Below, piece by piece: positions 38,601-51,273 of a stretch of DNA of 64,000 bases; position 1 is the first letter of the stretch, and each line of letters starts with the position of its first letter. A program made the position numbers and the translations under genes. This DNA is from Tubiluchus corallicola (lineage: Eukaryota > Animalia > Priapulida), in assembly GCA_030141605.1 (NCBI GenBank), contig JAQGDQ010000355.1, positions 62,001 to 126,000 of the forward strand, read 5' to 3'. The notes under the pieces are model-generated. The model was not told where the DNA came from. It was given only the letters and a program-made list of their open reading frames with translations, and searched no databases.

Positions 38601-38896
38601 GCAATGAAAAACCTATTACATACTTAAGCCGCAAACTCTCAAGTGCAGAATCTAGGTACTCTATAGTAGAATTAGAACTGCTTGCTATTATCTATGCAGT
38701 TGAAAAACTTCGCTGCTACTTGTTAGGTCGAAAGTTTACAATATGCACAGATCAAAGAAGTCTAACGTTTCTACACCAAATGAGAAATAAAAACAGAAAG
38801 ATCTGTAGATGGTCTCTTCTTCTCTCAGAATATAATTTTGACATAGAATACAAGAAAGGTTCTGAAAATCTTGCTGATGTTTTCTCAAGAGCCTAA
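35666..38896 (+). CDS. pol: Pol polyprotein: integrase, reverse transcriptase, RNase H
   Basis: HHCC (AHD..AH..CTSC), DDE (IDIIGP, CDQG, VEKMN), GPY, RT (SPWASP, FCIDFR, MPFGL, YIDD), RH (TDAS, ELELLAI, TDQ, ADVFSR). Confidence 0.95.
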   Translation: MVVQLNWNCKSLLIIVPWMNSRMTSTSCQTLKDALKVDAWTNPKERILNDPKHTISCSPDVLVATRSQARKQNLEQRIQKDAVKMLTDEQKQGSLKETDSADTLPNSPNTLAAEYQDTDLLASVNRIKLAAEQREDATLRNLFDHLLMYSEAKKQGSGYFLRDNVLFLLKKKKRDNSFLELLVVPSTRRLQVLELAHDARTAAHFGIRKTTHRVLDYYTWPGVHSAIKKYIKTCTSCQKTSRIMKADRARLKPLPIIEKPFARLNIDIIGPLQKTKQGNRYALTIIDQATRFPDCYPMKNQTASSVADALTHFMCRHGIPEEIHCDQGTQFKSTLIKDLEEAIHIKGILSTPYHPESNGLVEKMNDVLKQSIKKLAIDHKESDWDELLPFILFAYREVPQKSTGYSPFELAYGYPVNDPMATLSRRWGLKQSSSPQDVDEYVATILHRMEDSTDNVRESLKKAKIAQAEWYDRKSRDRSLEIGSLVKLLLPKSKKKMQKQWKGPYEVVDKISDHVYKIALGGRKKKQQNFHINLIQPWYSRDETEILFSQNILPKTALQLMASSIDSPSLLSVHSDFPEFYDDTSSDSPMQEGKLDDSCFPPSKVERKQTVDDIKYPEHLDETKVKELKNALEQFTDVFSDIPRKTNLIEHEILINTDKPISSNYNRSAQTQREAIYKEIKEMEMLGVIEKSDSPWASPIVIVPKEDNTIRFCIDFRKVNKVTHFDNYPLPRMDEMLDELQGAHYITSLDMTKYYWQVPMKESSKPITAFVTEFGKWHFNVMPFGLCNSSATAQRLVDQVLEPIIQHARGYIDDVIIKSNTWEEHLDHIHQVLSLIREAGLTVKPLKCNFAQTETKFLGHIIGNSQIKPQPQKIEAISNFPRPMTKKQVRSFLGLVGFYRRFVPGFAKIAAPLFELTQKHKPNDIHWSTECENSFEKLRNSLHSESVLKSPNFSKPVKLTTDASFQGLGAILTQVDDDGNEKPITYLSRKLSSAESRYSIVELELLAIIYAVEKLRCYLLGRKFTICTDQRSLTFLHQMRNKNRKICRWSLLLSEYNFDIEYKKGSENLADVFSRA

Positions 38897-39362
38897 ATTC
38901 GAATTGTTAGGTTAAGTAGAGCTTGATCTCCAATGAATAAGCATTTACTTGCTAAGATATTTCCTTTTTTCTTGCAAATTACCTTAGTGTGAAAAACATT
39001 AAAGTCAATGTATACATGTTATTGAATAATGTGATTTTGTTACTAATATAGTAATTATTTGGATAAATGTACATGTATTTTGTTTTGCAATGTGTACAAA
39101 TATTTGCATGTCCAGTACGACAGAATTTTGGTCAAATTTAGTTTGCAGTTGCTGATTGTTATTTTTTTAATGCGACACATCACTCTTGCGTTGTTTTGAA
39201 ATACCTTTGACTAATGTGTGAGTTATTACCTAACTTGATTTATTTTGTTATGTATATTGATGGATAAGTCAGTTTTGCTATGTTTGCGTATTAGCCAATT
39301 GTTGTGCTTTTGGTCCAAGAATGTTATTACTTTAGACTTAAAAATCCCTAACAATTGTCTTC

Positions 39363-39371
39363 AAAGGGGGG
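39363..39371 (+). promoter_or_regulatory. Polypurine tract
   Basis: AAAGGGGGG, 5 nt before the 3' LTR. Confidence 0.8.
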
Positions 39372-39376
39372 TCTTT

Positions 39377-40559
39377 TGTAAGGTTCTTACACATAGCTAA
39401 ACTAGATATTGCTGTAGTATAGTCTGTGGGAAGGGCTTCCTACCTATCACCCCTCCTTTCGTAATATACTATAACCTATCCATGCATAACATGATCTTGG
39501 AAAGTGCATGACACAGATATCCAGGAGAGTACAGTGTAACTGCTGAATCTGAAAGCAGCCAAAAATGCTTTAACTCTTAACTTTAACTTTACTTTACGAA
39601 AATGGTTAAAATCCTAAACTTGATTATAAGAGTCTTTGAAGTACTAAACTTGTGCACATCTACTATTTGACTGATCTAACATAAAGAGACTATCAGTGGT
39701 GATACCAAACTACTTCAGTTTTGATGTTGTGGATGGAGCTTTATTCACACTGATGAGATGTTGGAACTTTCTGCGATGTGTCTTATTCTAAACTACATGG
39801 AAAGGCGTGACTAGCCACCAGTGTCCAGACGTTGTGGATTGTGGACGTATCCTGAGTCAACCACAGAGACTTGTGAGCCATTCCTTAGTTCATGTTTGAT
39901 TGGTGCTGCAGCCGGCGTCATCACCGTTGATTGTTATGGCCATAGACTTGAAGTCGTTGATGTGTTGCTGTGACTGACTGGAGTGAGCTACGTCCGCGGA
40001 CTCCTCTCCCATGTCCTTGTCCTCTCAGGGGAAGGGTTAACTGATAAGTAGACATTTTGTTTTCTTTCCACTTTGTCATTTTTGTTATTATGCTTTTATG
40101 CGAAACTGTTATTGATAATTTAACCTGTTCTGATTTATCTAAACAGAGTAAAAAGTGAATAAAAATAGTAAACATAATCATAATCTTTTCCTCCATTTCA
40201 TATAAGATTTTGTTGTTGGTATGTTCGGAATCTATGTATGTCATGGTCAACATGGAAAACCATAACGCCTAAGTAGACCCCCGTAAAACGTAACATCAAG
40301 CCTTAGACCCGCTGGTTTTTCAAGTGAGCCCTTCGACATTGCAACCTCACTAAAGATATATTAATTATACCTGTGTCGTTGAATTTTGGTTCATATGCCT
40401 TGTTGCCCTCTGGAAAATTGTAGGACAACAACCGCCCACGTATGTTGCACAACCCTTTTATTGTGAATGAAAGATGACGCGACAGGGTAGTCAGATTTGT
40501 GGATGAGTTGGGAGGTAAAGAGTTGCACCCCCACCATAAAAATCTACTAGCTCCCAACA
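39377..40559 (+). repeat. 3' LTR
   Basis: Direct repeat of the 5' LTR with roughly 30 differences by eye. Confidence 0.95.
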
Positions 40560-40859
40560 ATGACATACTTACATAATGAACTACAAAGGTTTCAAAGACT
40601 TTTTGTGATAAGAACAAGGTTTTAAGAATATTTAGACTTTTACAAATTTTCCAAACAAAATTCACCATAGTTATTATTAACCTAATTAACATTATAGCCT
40701 AAAGAAAACGAAGCAACTGATTCACCGAAGTTCACATGTCAAATCAAATTTATTATTTGCATAAAATCTATTGGTAAAACAAAAATGAACAGATATTTCA
40801 AAATGCAATCATTATCACTGGCATGTTAACAAAATTAAAAATTTATTCTCGTTCATAAT

Positions 40860-41020
40860 TCAATCCACGAATCCTATGTAAATGATATCAACGTTTGATA
40901 CGTGATACCAATGATACCAGGTTTTCGAAAAAACAGTCCACTGATCATCTGTCTGTATTGGACATAGGCCGAATTTTCCGTGACCAACAATGCGTCCCTT
41001 TGGTCTCTGGGTCAGACATT
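40860..41020 (-). CDS. Candidate terminal exon of the - strand gene
   Basis: ttttag|AA TGT CTG...CLTQRPKGRIVGHGKFGLCPIQ...GFVD*; AATAAA downstream on the - strand; other candidate small exons at 41491-41581, ~42787-42827 and ~43270-43400. Confidence 0.35.
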
Positions 41021-41300
41021 CTAAAAATGTTAACAAATTTGTGTTAGTGTTAACTTTATAGTGGTATAGAATTTGAGAAAATTACAAAAATTCAAACAAA
41101 ACTTTCAGCTACTTAGTTCGTGACGTAAAACTGACTTTGTCCCACAGTCAGCCGCATTTTTCTCTAAGCTTTTTTGAAAAGAATTAAATTTGTGAAATTT
41201 CTTTCAAAATTTAAAGTGCTATAATTGCTACACTAGTAGCACTACATTGCTAGCCTATCTAAAGCCACACATCAGTAAGGCAAATTTATGCTTCTAACTG

Positions 41301-41346
<46 letters not shown>

Positions 41347-41718
41347 GTTATATTTCAACATTAACATAACTTAGATTGTTACTATTGTATTCTATTGTAT
41401 TGTATTGCATTGTACAGGGCTGAATCCCACTACTGTACTATTCAGCTCGTATCCACAGTGTACAATGCATAACTTGAAGCCTGTACCTACTCATGCATTC
41501 ACACGTTCTTAGGAATAGACCTGTCACAATACTTCCCCCAGTCAACTCCTTTGTTCTGATGAAAATACCAAGTATCGACAGCTAAACGTGTAAAATAAAT
41601 TAATGTTGAAATATAACTGCTGTGTGTGTTTTTCTCTAGTGTTTTTGTTACTAATATACAAAAACCCAAGAATATTTATACAATATAGGCATATGCATAT
41701 GTGCATACGTCTATGTAA

Positions 41719-41886
41719 ATGTATGTATGTATGTATGTATGTATGTATGTATGTATGTATGTATGTATGTATGTATGTATGTATGTATGTATGTATGTAT
41801 GTATGTATGTATGTATGTATGTATGTGTGTGTGTATGTATGTATGTATGTATGTATGTATATATGTATGTATGTATGTATGTATGT
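41719..41886. repeat. (GTAT)n microsatellite; (AT)n also at 41304-41341
   Basis: Seen directly. Confidence 0.95.
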
Positions 41887-44606
41887 GTACGTGTGCATAT
41901 GTCTATGTACATATATGTATACATATTGGAAACACTGGAGAAAAGCTGCACAGATACAATAGAAGAAGCAGAAACAATACTAAATTTGACACTGAAGTTA
42001 AGGGTAGTAGCACACTAGGGGAAAGAATAAAAAATCTTTCTATGCTATATGCTATTTAATTATTTAATTTTTTATCATGATTTTTTCCAATTCTGTCGTT
42101 CAGATGAAAACAGTGCTGATCTCATTGTTAAGGTCAGTTTCTGGCCTTATTATGTAGGTGGCAGCACCTATGTGAACTTAGCTGTGAAGTTGGAAATAGG
42201 TTGTGCCTCTCTAAACACGCTCACAGAAGCCTCAGCAAACGTTAAATAATGTTTGATAAATGTTCAATTATAGCGTTTTTACCCGATTTGCTGTAAACCA
42301 GTATGACGTTTCGAGGATCTATTAAGTTGTTATAGCCGCACGATGTGAGTAATATTTACTTTATTATCTTAATTTATAATAATTACATTATTATACATTT
42401 GTAAGCAGTGAAAAGCAGTCAAATTTATTATTTTCATTTTTTTATATACAGAAATAAAGATTTCTGAGAACACCATATGCTATGAAGGAAATTCTTTGTG
42501 TTCCCGTCACACTCATCTTATGTTGAGAATTGAAACGTCAAAAATAAGAGCGTTCTTCAACAAAAATTTGCGCCTTCTTATTGATTAAAATTAATTATTG
42601 ACAAGGAGTTCATTTACAGTGAGTAGTTTTTTTAGAAAAGATAATATGGAAATTTGCTTTACTCCATGGCTGCCTGTTGCAAAATAAACTACTACGCCCA
42701 GAACGTACGAACAAAACGCATTCATGTAGACAGATTCGCCCTTACGTCCAAGATGTATGCACAGAACGCATAAAGTGGGGCTTACCCGGCGTCTGGAGGC
42801 GTATGCGTTTTCCACCTGCGGAAATAGCTGCAAAAAAGAATAACGGGTACATTGAAAACAATATAAACCAGTTTTATATTCCGCACCCCCAAACGCATAC
42901 GCATGCGCATACTACATAAACGCCACTTTAGTAGTGTTGAACGTGAGTCTAGGTCACACCCCTTAAACTTGGGTTTAATACTTAACGGAGGGTGTCGCAT
43001 GGCTTAGCAAATCTATAACTTTAGAAGAAACAGTGGCGCTTCTCTAAATGCTGGTTGCATTATCGTGAAAACCTGTAGTGTTCTGTATGTCAGGTAATCT
43101 TTGCAGTTTGTATGCTGCAGCTGAATGTTTAAGGACTGTGGTATTGGGAACAAGTAATGCATAGAAAAGGATTACTCAGAAAATCACACTCAGGGTGATT
43201 CTTAGAAAAAGTTTGTTTATCTTTATCCCATCATGTCGAAAAGGGAAGGTCGTGCCTAGGGACACAAAAACGCGCACAATTTGTGGCTTTACCCACAAAC
43301 CAACTGATCGAAACATGAAAAGGGTGGGGCGCCCGGAGTTTTTTGCCCTCGGGTGCCACAAGTTGCAATACAGCATTGCGACAAGCATTGGGAAGCATTC
43401 TGAACTGTATTACGAAAAAACAAAAGAGCAGTTTGTTTGGCATCAATGATAATTTGTTTGGAAATGCATTACGGACTATAAAACAATGATAAAATTGCAT
43501 TGTTTTAAAATTTTGTTAATAGAAGGAAGAATTTTTGTTCAACATTGGATATCGTTTTAGTTACAAAAGTAACACTGGTTACCAGTTACACTAGTAACAC
43601 AAGTTACACAGTTACGGTTTTTCTATCCTAAGTAAACAATGTATATTCTGAACAAAATGTTGCACAGACGTACCTTCGAAGCAAGAAAATAAGTAGGCCA
43701 GCTACAACAATTATCAATGCAATCAATGCAGCCACGAGTTTCGTTTTTACGACACTTTTTTTGCTGTACCGGTACGGACAAATGGGCTCCCCTGAAAATG
43801 TAGAATCCAGTAGATCAGCTCGACAGAGATGGACAAATGTTATCTATTGTTCATTATTTTAGTTAAATAAGTTTATTAAATTTTAAAATAATGTATGTGC
43901 GATATTTATTTAAAATTAGTACGTTTTCATAAGGCTTATAAAGATGGTGTCATGGTAGGTTTGGTACCACTGGAAAGAGTCACGTGCTGGAAAGTTTTCA
44001 CTGATTTACATCAAACGACAGGATATCGATACTTGATTAAGGCACTGTCCAGTAACCACTAGGGTTTGGTTGATTCACTGTCTTATATTAAATTATATTC
44101 TTTGCATTATAAAACACAGAGTGATAATAGGAGTGCAAAACAAGTTAGAAAAAAGAACAGGCTCATTTTATAACAGAAAGCCATTGCTGAAACAAGAGAG
44201 CATCTATCATGATCTCAAAAATTAGCCTGGCAACCTCGAGCGCCTCACATCGGCTGCAATATTGAGGGTGGAGATTACAGTACTGACCCGAAAAGTTGAA
44301 GATCATCTATCCTGCATTTTACACCTACTTATCTGCCAAGAACCAAGGATATCCTTGGATAACCTTGGCATCCTCTCTGTCCTTTAAGATAACGCCAATG
44401 TGTTTGACGAGACTGAGGTTTAGTGAATTTCCACATTATTCACTTCTAAAGATAATTGCAAGTTTACAGGTAGCTGTTGTGATGATATCCACTCGATTGT
44501 AGGCAGTGTGAGATGTTCAACGCTCTTACACTAAATATTGAAGGTACGATAGATTCGCTATTCCTTCAGCAGTAATTTCATGAAATAAATAGTTTTCTAT
44601 TGTTAA

Positions 44607-45096
44607 AGGAAGGCAGGATGATTTTTCATTATCACATTTTAACACAATTAATACTGCAAAAGCGTTTCTGATAATTAAATAATAGATTAAAATCTAAAAT
44701 CTAGATTAAATGGCGGGCGAGCCGTTAATGATGTTAAGAACGAAGGTAATTTTCAACAAAAATATTCCGTGAGCGTGTTGCACATGTTTGCGAAAGCGAA
44801 ATTTGTTTTGTACTAAAACAATGTGTTTTACTAAAACTAGGCAAGTCAGAACTAAGTGTTACAGCACTTGTTTTCTGTGCAATGCGCTTCCGAAATGCAG
44901 GCGCTAGTGCCCGTCTAATTAGCGAAGGGTGAAATGCATGTAACTGCGAAGAACTAGTGGCGCGAAGGCGAAGTTGTGTTTGTGTGGTAATAATTCTTTC
45001 ACGTAAGCATTTTTTGAAAAAATAGTATGTTTCCTTTCATCATTTCAAAGAGTAGATTGTTTTGAGCTACAGTTAAAACTGGGGTCCGGTTTTGCT
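44607..45096. mobile_element. Family A TTAA element, copy 2
   Basis: Direct similarity to 2199-2718; TTAA flanks. Confidence 0.65.
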
Positions 45097-45340
45097 TTAA
45101 GTTGTGTTTGCACCGCCTTCTGCTATTAGACGTCACACATCCTATTTTTAGGAAACCAAATTGAAAAAATAGCAAAATAACATGGCCGCTATTGTCAAAT
45201 GTAAAATCTATACAATTGATTGACGATTCAGCGCAATATAATTTTACAATTCTCTACAATACATTACAAATACAATGCAATACATTACAATAAAAAGAAA
45301 CTATACAGACAGAAGCCTATACATGGAGTATGAATGCTTG

Positions 45341-46407
45341 AAAACGCACAAGTCTGATTGTAATGCACACCACAGTACCACACTCATTGACCCAAAATAC
45401 CTAAGTTAACATGGGTTATGGGTGTGTTTTCACAAAATGCACAAGCTTGATTGTAATGCACACCACAGTACCACACTCATTGACCCAAAATACCTAAGTT
45501 AACATGGGTTATGGGTGTGTTTTCACAAAACGCACAAGCTTGATTGTAATGCACACCACAGTACCACACTCATTGACCCAAAATACCTAAGTTAACATGG
45601 GTTATGGGTGTGTTTTCACAAAACGCACAAGCTAGATTGTAATGCACACCACAGTACCACACTCATTGACCCAAAATACCTAAGTTAACATGGGTTATGG
45701 GTGTGTTTTCACAAAACGCACAAGCTTGATTGTAATGCACACCACAGTACCACACTCATTGAGCCAAAATACCTAAGTTAACATGGGTTATGGGTGTGTT
45801 TTCACAAAACGCACAAGCTTGATTGTAATGTACACCACAGTACCACACTCATTGACCCAAAATACCTACGTTAACATGGGTTATGGGTGTGTTTTCACAA
45901 AACGCACAAACTTGATTGTAATGTACACCACAGTGCCACACTCATTGAGCCAAAATACCCAAGTTAACATGGGTTATGGGTGTGTTTTCACAAAACGCAC
46001 AAGCTTGATTGTAATGTACACCACAGTACTACACTCATTGAGCCAAAATATGGATGTGTTTTCACAAAACGCACAAACTTGATTGTAATGCACACCACAA
46101 TACACACACTCATTGACCCAAAATACCTAAGTTAACATGGGTTATGGGTGTGTTTTCACAAAACGCACAAGCTTGGTTGTAATGCACACCACAGTACCAT
46201 ACTCAGTGAGCCAAAATACCTAAGTTAACATGGGTTATGGGTGTGTTTTCACAAAACGCACAAGCTTGATTGTAATGCACACCACAGTACCATACTCAGT
46301 GAGCCAAAATACCTAAGTTAACGTGGGTTATGGGTGTGTTTTCACAAAACGCACAATCTTGATTGTAATGTACACCACAGTACCACACTCATTGACCCAA
46401 AATACCT
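45341..46407. repeat. 93-bp minisatellite, ~11.5 units
   Basis: Unit aaacgcacaagcttgattgtaatgcacaccacagtaccacactcattgacccaaaatacctaagttaacatgggttatgggtgtgttttcaca. Confidence 0.95.
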
Positions 46408-46952
46408 TACGTGCCCCACTCAAAATAACTACTGATACTGGAACTATGATCGTGTCGAGAGCAGCGCAATGCACAAATAAAAACTTATAGGAGAAATAAA
46501 AAGTTGCCTGAGAAAAATAGAAAAGTTTGTAAAAACCTAATAAATGACCCCAATAAATACATTTTGGGGCCATTCTGAAACGGAACAACTTTTAGGACAG
46601 TGCGCCATGAAGGACTATTCAAAAAAAATTTCTACTGCTATCCACGTGATCTTAATGGTCCACAGCAATATAGTAACAGAGTCATCTCTCGAATCTTACA
46701 TGGTTATAACATTGAATACCATCATCCTTGCCATGCGCAAACTTGTACATTTCAGCTGCACACCTGGACCTAAGAAGTTTTCCCCACGGCCAATTCAGGG
46801 AGGGAATTTTCCTGGGTTACTACATAACATTCTGATTCAGAAAAAAACAAAACAAAAAAGCGATTAATTCCCACAAATCGACATTTTAACGTTATTCCTG
46901 CTCGCCGCCTTCTAGAGATTTTAATGTCAGTTCACTGTGAAAATCTAACAGA

Positions 46953-47160
46953 TTAGAGGAACTTGCTGCAGTCATCATGCGTACCTATCAAGTCAACCGT
47001 TATCTTTGCAACAGAACATCTTCCTTCTTCGTTAAGTAATTTGTTTGGTCGATTACAAGCAATTACAGCAAAGACAGCATTATCAGTGCACAATTTCTTT
47101 ATTAGTTCATTAGTCTGAATTATTCCACCACTGTCAGCAGCATTTATGACTTGAAAATAC
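46953..47160 (-). CDS. Cadherin-like gene exon (lower boundary uncertain)
   Basis: ttttag|G TAT TTT CAA joins the phase-2 donor at 48733 to give ALKKYFQV...GIIQT...FAVIA...SVAKITVDL. Confidence 0.65.
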
Positions 47161-47313
47161 CTAAAATGCAAAATGAAGTTACCGAAAGTAAAAAAAGATT
47201 GACGAAAATTCTGTCCAAACCTTCAATGGCAGGGTCTAAATTTAGTTGCTCATACTGTGACCTCTAACTGTGCTATTATGAAGAACAAACCTCCAAATCG
47301 AGAAAATAGAGAT

Positions 47314-47716
47314 TAGGGGTGAGCATCGAACATTCGAATTTGATTCGAACGAGTTTTTTTAGTTTGAATTCGATTCGAACCTAAAATTATAAATTTGAAT
47401 AATACAGCACTCCAACCACATACGTTCCTTATCATTAAAACAATTGAAATATCATGCAATTAGCACGATTTAGCTGTGATTTCTGTGCAAAATTTTTAAA
47501 TAAATTATTAGTGATTTTACTGCAGAACAAAATCAAATAACGTGCATAATCTCTGTAAGATTGCTTTTTACTGCTGGTTCGAAAACTTGTTCGAAAATCT
47601 TTCAGACATAGTTCGCATTCGATTTCGAAATGCTGAAATTCGGTTCGATTTGAATTCGAAAGTCACAACTTCGATTCGATTCGAATTCGCTTTCTGGTAG
47701 AGAATGCTCAGCCCTG
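47314..47716. mobile_element. MITE (hAT-like termini) rich in TTCGAA
   Basis: TAGGGGTGAGCAT ... ATGCTCAGCCCTG; TSD degenerate. Confidence 0.55.
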
Positions 47717-48732
47717 CTAAAGGTCCGTGTTTTAAGAATATTTCGTGAATGCTAAAAGTACGAAGAATGTATACTTGCCATAAGTTGATTGTTCAAAAGC
47801 TGATTTGAACATTCCTTTGAATTTGGTAACAAAATGTTGTATGTTTGACTTAGGAGGAAGCCAAACAAAAACACGTTTTCATTTTAAATGTATTGTGAAT
47901 TTTGCGAGTATCACCACTTTCAGTTTAAAGACTTCATAAAACAGTAGACTGTCTTTTTGCATGGTAACTGAAGGGACAAAACAGGAAGGAATTTTGTTAA
48001 AAGGAACTAACAATCACTTGTTTATCCTAAGATCTTTTTCCTGAATGTTATGCAAATATGTTATGTAACTAATCAAAGAAATTTACCAAAGACATCAATG
48101 ATAAAATTGAATCTCGGTATAGACAGTACTGGCAGCAGGAAATAAAAAGCAGCCCACATCACCGTATAGCCCTGTTTATCCTCATTCTAAAGAGCTATAT
48201 ATCTCCTTCCGAGAGTCCCACCAGGCGCCGCTAGAACGTTTTTTCTGCAAGCTATTTGACCAAAATTTCGAAAAAAATCGGGAGTTGGGTCCGTGAAAAC
48301 GCCCGTTGCGCTGTGCTGTGACCCTTCTGCGATTTCCTAATATGCGTACTACACCCACCGCCGAACGGGTAATCTATCCACAGACATCCACCCATGGCCA
48401 ATTTCCGTTCTCCGGAAATAAGAGGTATAAGCTTTGCAAAAAACGGGCGAAAAATGGCCATTTTTGGAGGTTTTTCGCCCCCGGTTCGTTTTTCTGTCTC
48501 CTGTAATTTCTTTTCTTAATGGTTTAATAAATAAATAAGACGTTGATACAATCTGTGAATAATAATTTTTTTCTTCGACAATGAAATATGTTGTGGAATA
48601 CGGTCTAGTATTACCAAATCATTCACAGACGTTCCTATTTTCAGCCAAGGACCGACCGCAAAAAGAAATTAAGGCACTAGAACGGTTTAGTTGCTGGGAC
48701 CTGTAAAGATTTACACAACGTTTGCAACTCAC

Positions 48733-49345
48733 TTTTTTAAAGCCGCCGTTTGATATCGTACTCCGCCCTCTGTAGAACTATCAGCGTAAACATAGCCAAC
48801 GTCAAAAGTGTCATTGCGTCGATCAAATAAGAAACGATACTCCGGCTGCGAAAACTTGGGATTTTTATTGTTAGTTTTCATGACGTCGATTTTGACATCA
48901 AATTGCTGCTCTCGTCTATGATCATCGACGCCTGTTACAAGGAATTCGTAGGAACTCACGCTGCTGTCCAAAACAGCTGTGTTTTTCACCAGACCTGACA
49001 TAGTTACACGAAATTGCGTTGCCAGGTCAAATAATGCTCTTGTCTTCGGCTCCAGGTGCCAAGTAACGTCCTTATCGCTGTCGCCAGTTCGTTTACCGAC
49101 CGCCACGATGCCACTGTTTGCGGGAATATTCCCTAAAATGGTTCTCCTGATAACTCTGCCCTTCCTGAATGTGCCAGTATCGTTTACAGTAATTTCTATC
49201 ACGTTGGTGGTGTATCGGTATCGAGAGCGCGTTGCAGTTGTCTTGATTAGGAGAAAATAACGAGCACCAGGTGTTAACTTTCCTGCAACCCTCACACATC
49301 CAGAAACCCTGCTCATGATGAAGCCATATCTAAGTGCTTGCCTTT
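48733..49345 (-). CDS. Cadherin-like gene exon
   Basis: Branch point TACTAAC then ttag|; FDLATQFRVTMSGLVKN..LD..YEFLVTGVD...NNKNPKFSQPEY..VGYVYAD; donor AA|gtgagt. Confidence 0.8.
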
Positions 49346-49368
49346 CTAAAGAAGTTAGTACATTTATT

Positions 49369-49973
49369 CAGGATGTTTCGGAAAAAAATCACTGTAGAAA
49401 TATGCTTACGTTGGAGTATACAAAATCAAATCGTGTTATAAGATAGGACTGAGAAGTGGAGTTATGCATTTATTATATTCACGTCATTATGATGTTACAA
49501 TGTAGAAGTTTTTTTCCTCTAGACTAAATTACAAGCGTTATTCAGAGTATCAAACTTGATGAACTTAGACGTGATTTTCATAACGTGCGGCCTTTAGCAG
49601 TCATTGTAGCATCTCTTGCTAAATGACTTAGCACTCAACCACACATTTGACTGTCATTTGACATTCATATCGAGTGTGCCGCTTTTTCTGGAACACCCTG
49701 TATAATCAATCCAAGAATACATCAACTTTAAGTTTACTGTAGCTTTTGAACAAGTCTTTTTTCTAAGTAAATTCTCTGCAACTAAATTTCATTCAGTGAT
49801 TTTACAAACCACATATTTGACTGTCATTTGACATTCATATCGAGTGTGCCGCTTTTTCTGGAACACCCTGTATAATCAATCCAAGAATACATCAACTTTA
49901 AGTTTACTGTAGCTTTTGAACAAGTCTTTTTTCTAAGTAAATTCTCTGCAAGAAAATTTCATTCAGTGATTTT
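49369..49973. mobile_element. Tc1/mariner-like MITE (49369-49700) with a 170-bp tandem duplication of its right end and flank
   Basis: caggatgtttcggaaaaa ... tttttctggaacaccctg|ta; 49637-49806 repeated at 49807-49973. Confidence 0.55.
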
Positions 49974-50028
49974 CCAATTGTGAGATAGAGGAATCTATCT
50001 TCATCACTAATATCTGCATCATACTAAC

Positions 50029-50113
50029 CATCATGAAATCCATATACAACTGAGCTATTCTCACTCTCATCTACTGCTTTTATTCGAGTCGGTTTTATAT
50101 CCAACTGAAAACC
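50029..50113 (-). CDS. Cadherin-like gene exon
   Basis: GFQLDIKPTRIKAVDESENSSVVYGFHD; phase 0 in and phase 1 out, fits both neighbours. Confidence 0.75.
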
Positions 50114-50229
50114 CTACAACATTTTTAATAAAAATTAATTATCATAAAATGTTTATAACTGGTGGGATTGTAAGAACCCACATTAATTAGATTTGATGCC
50201 AAACTCAAAAGACAGGACTTGACGTGATA

Positions 50230-50300
50230 CAGGCAGGATTTGAACCAGGAACCTTCTGCTGACAAGACGGAAGTCTTAGACCATTAAGTTACCGTATTCC
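50230..50300 (-). pseudogene. Degenerate tRNA-like sequence or tRNA-SINE head
   Basis: A-box-like GGTAACTTAATGG and B-box-like GGTTCAAATCC; acceptor stem poor. Confidence 0.45.
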
Positions 50301-51273
50301 CAACAGTCAAAAGCAGTCGGGAACTCATTAGACCTACACTCATGTGTTGAAAGAAGCCGCAAGCTTACAGACACCGAGTCAACCTATGACACACTTCTTG
50401 GTACAAATATGGAAACCACTCAGGATTAACTAAACAGAATGTGAAAACCACGTCCCTAGCGCCACCTCTTATAGTTTTGAACACGTTAAGTCACCTACAA
50501 TAAAGGAATACGCAGTGCTTTTTAAAGTAGTGTTCTGCCAGAAGAATGTCTCTTGACTTCGAGGTGCCGTATTTTGACGTTATTTTACGGAAGTATTTAC
50601 CTTTTTATCGTCACAACGGTTTCACCAATGACATTTTTAACAATGATGGCATCTTTTTATTCAAAACAAGAAATTTTTAACAATGATGGCATCTTTTTAT
50701 TCAAAATTTATCACTAGTGCTTGTAACTAGTATAAAACAGCAGGTGAAGAGAGTGAAAGGCATTTCTGAGCATTTTTAAGTGCACTTTAAAGTTGTGGTA
50801 TTGTTAGGGGCTATTTGTACGCATGCGTCAAAAACGCACCCTTTAAATAGGCTCCTATTGGTTCTGCACCTCGCTACTTTTGGACCTATGGACTCAGCAA
50901 CAGGAGCTAACGAACCATGTTATGCACTGACGAACTAATGTACCAACTGTATGTATTATTACAAAAATATTACACTTTATAATTGTTCATGATAATATTT
51001 CCTCATGTGAAAATTGTCTTTTTATACCTTAAGATCAAACATGTAAATTTTTTTTACCCTTCTTTATTCAAGGAAATTCGTAAGTTCCATGTTTTATAAA
51101 TTAGCATAATTATTTTATTTTCTGTTTGTAACTTAGGCTTCTATGTTATCTAAAATTTGATTAAATGAGGTACTGAGAAAAAACTAAAATAAAAAAACAA
51201 AATTATATTGCACTCGTGAAAATAACTCTATTATAGTCTACAACGTTGATTAAAATGATTTGTTTCACTTTAT

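Larger units (their letters stand above)
33893..40559 (+). mobile_element. Gmr1-like Ty3/Gypsy LTR retrotransposon lacking gag and protease
   Basis: Two ~1.19-kb LTRs (TG...CA), PBS, PPT and one IN-RT-RH ORF. Confidence 0.93.
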
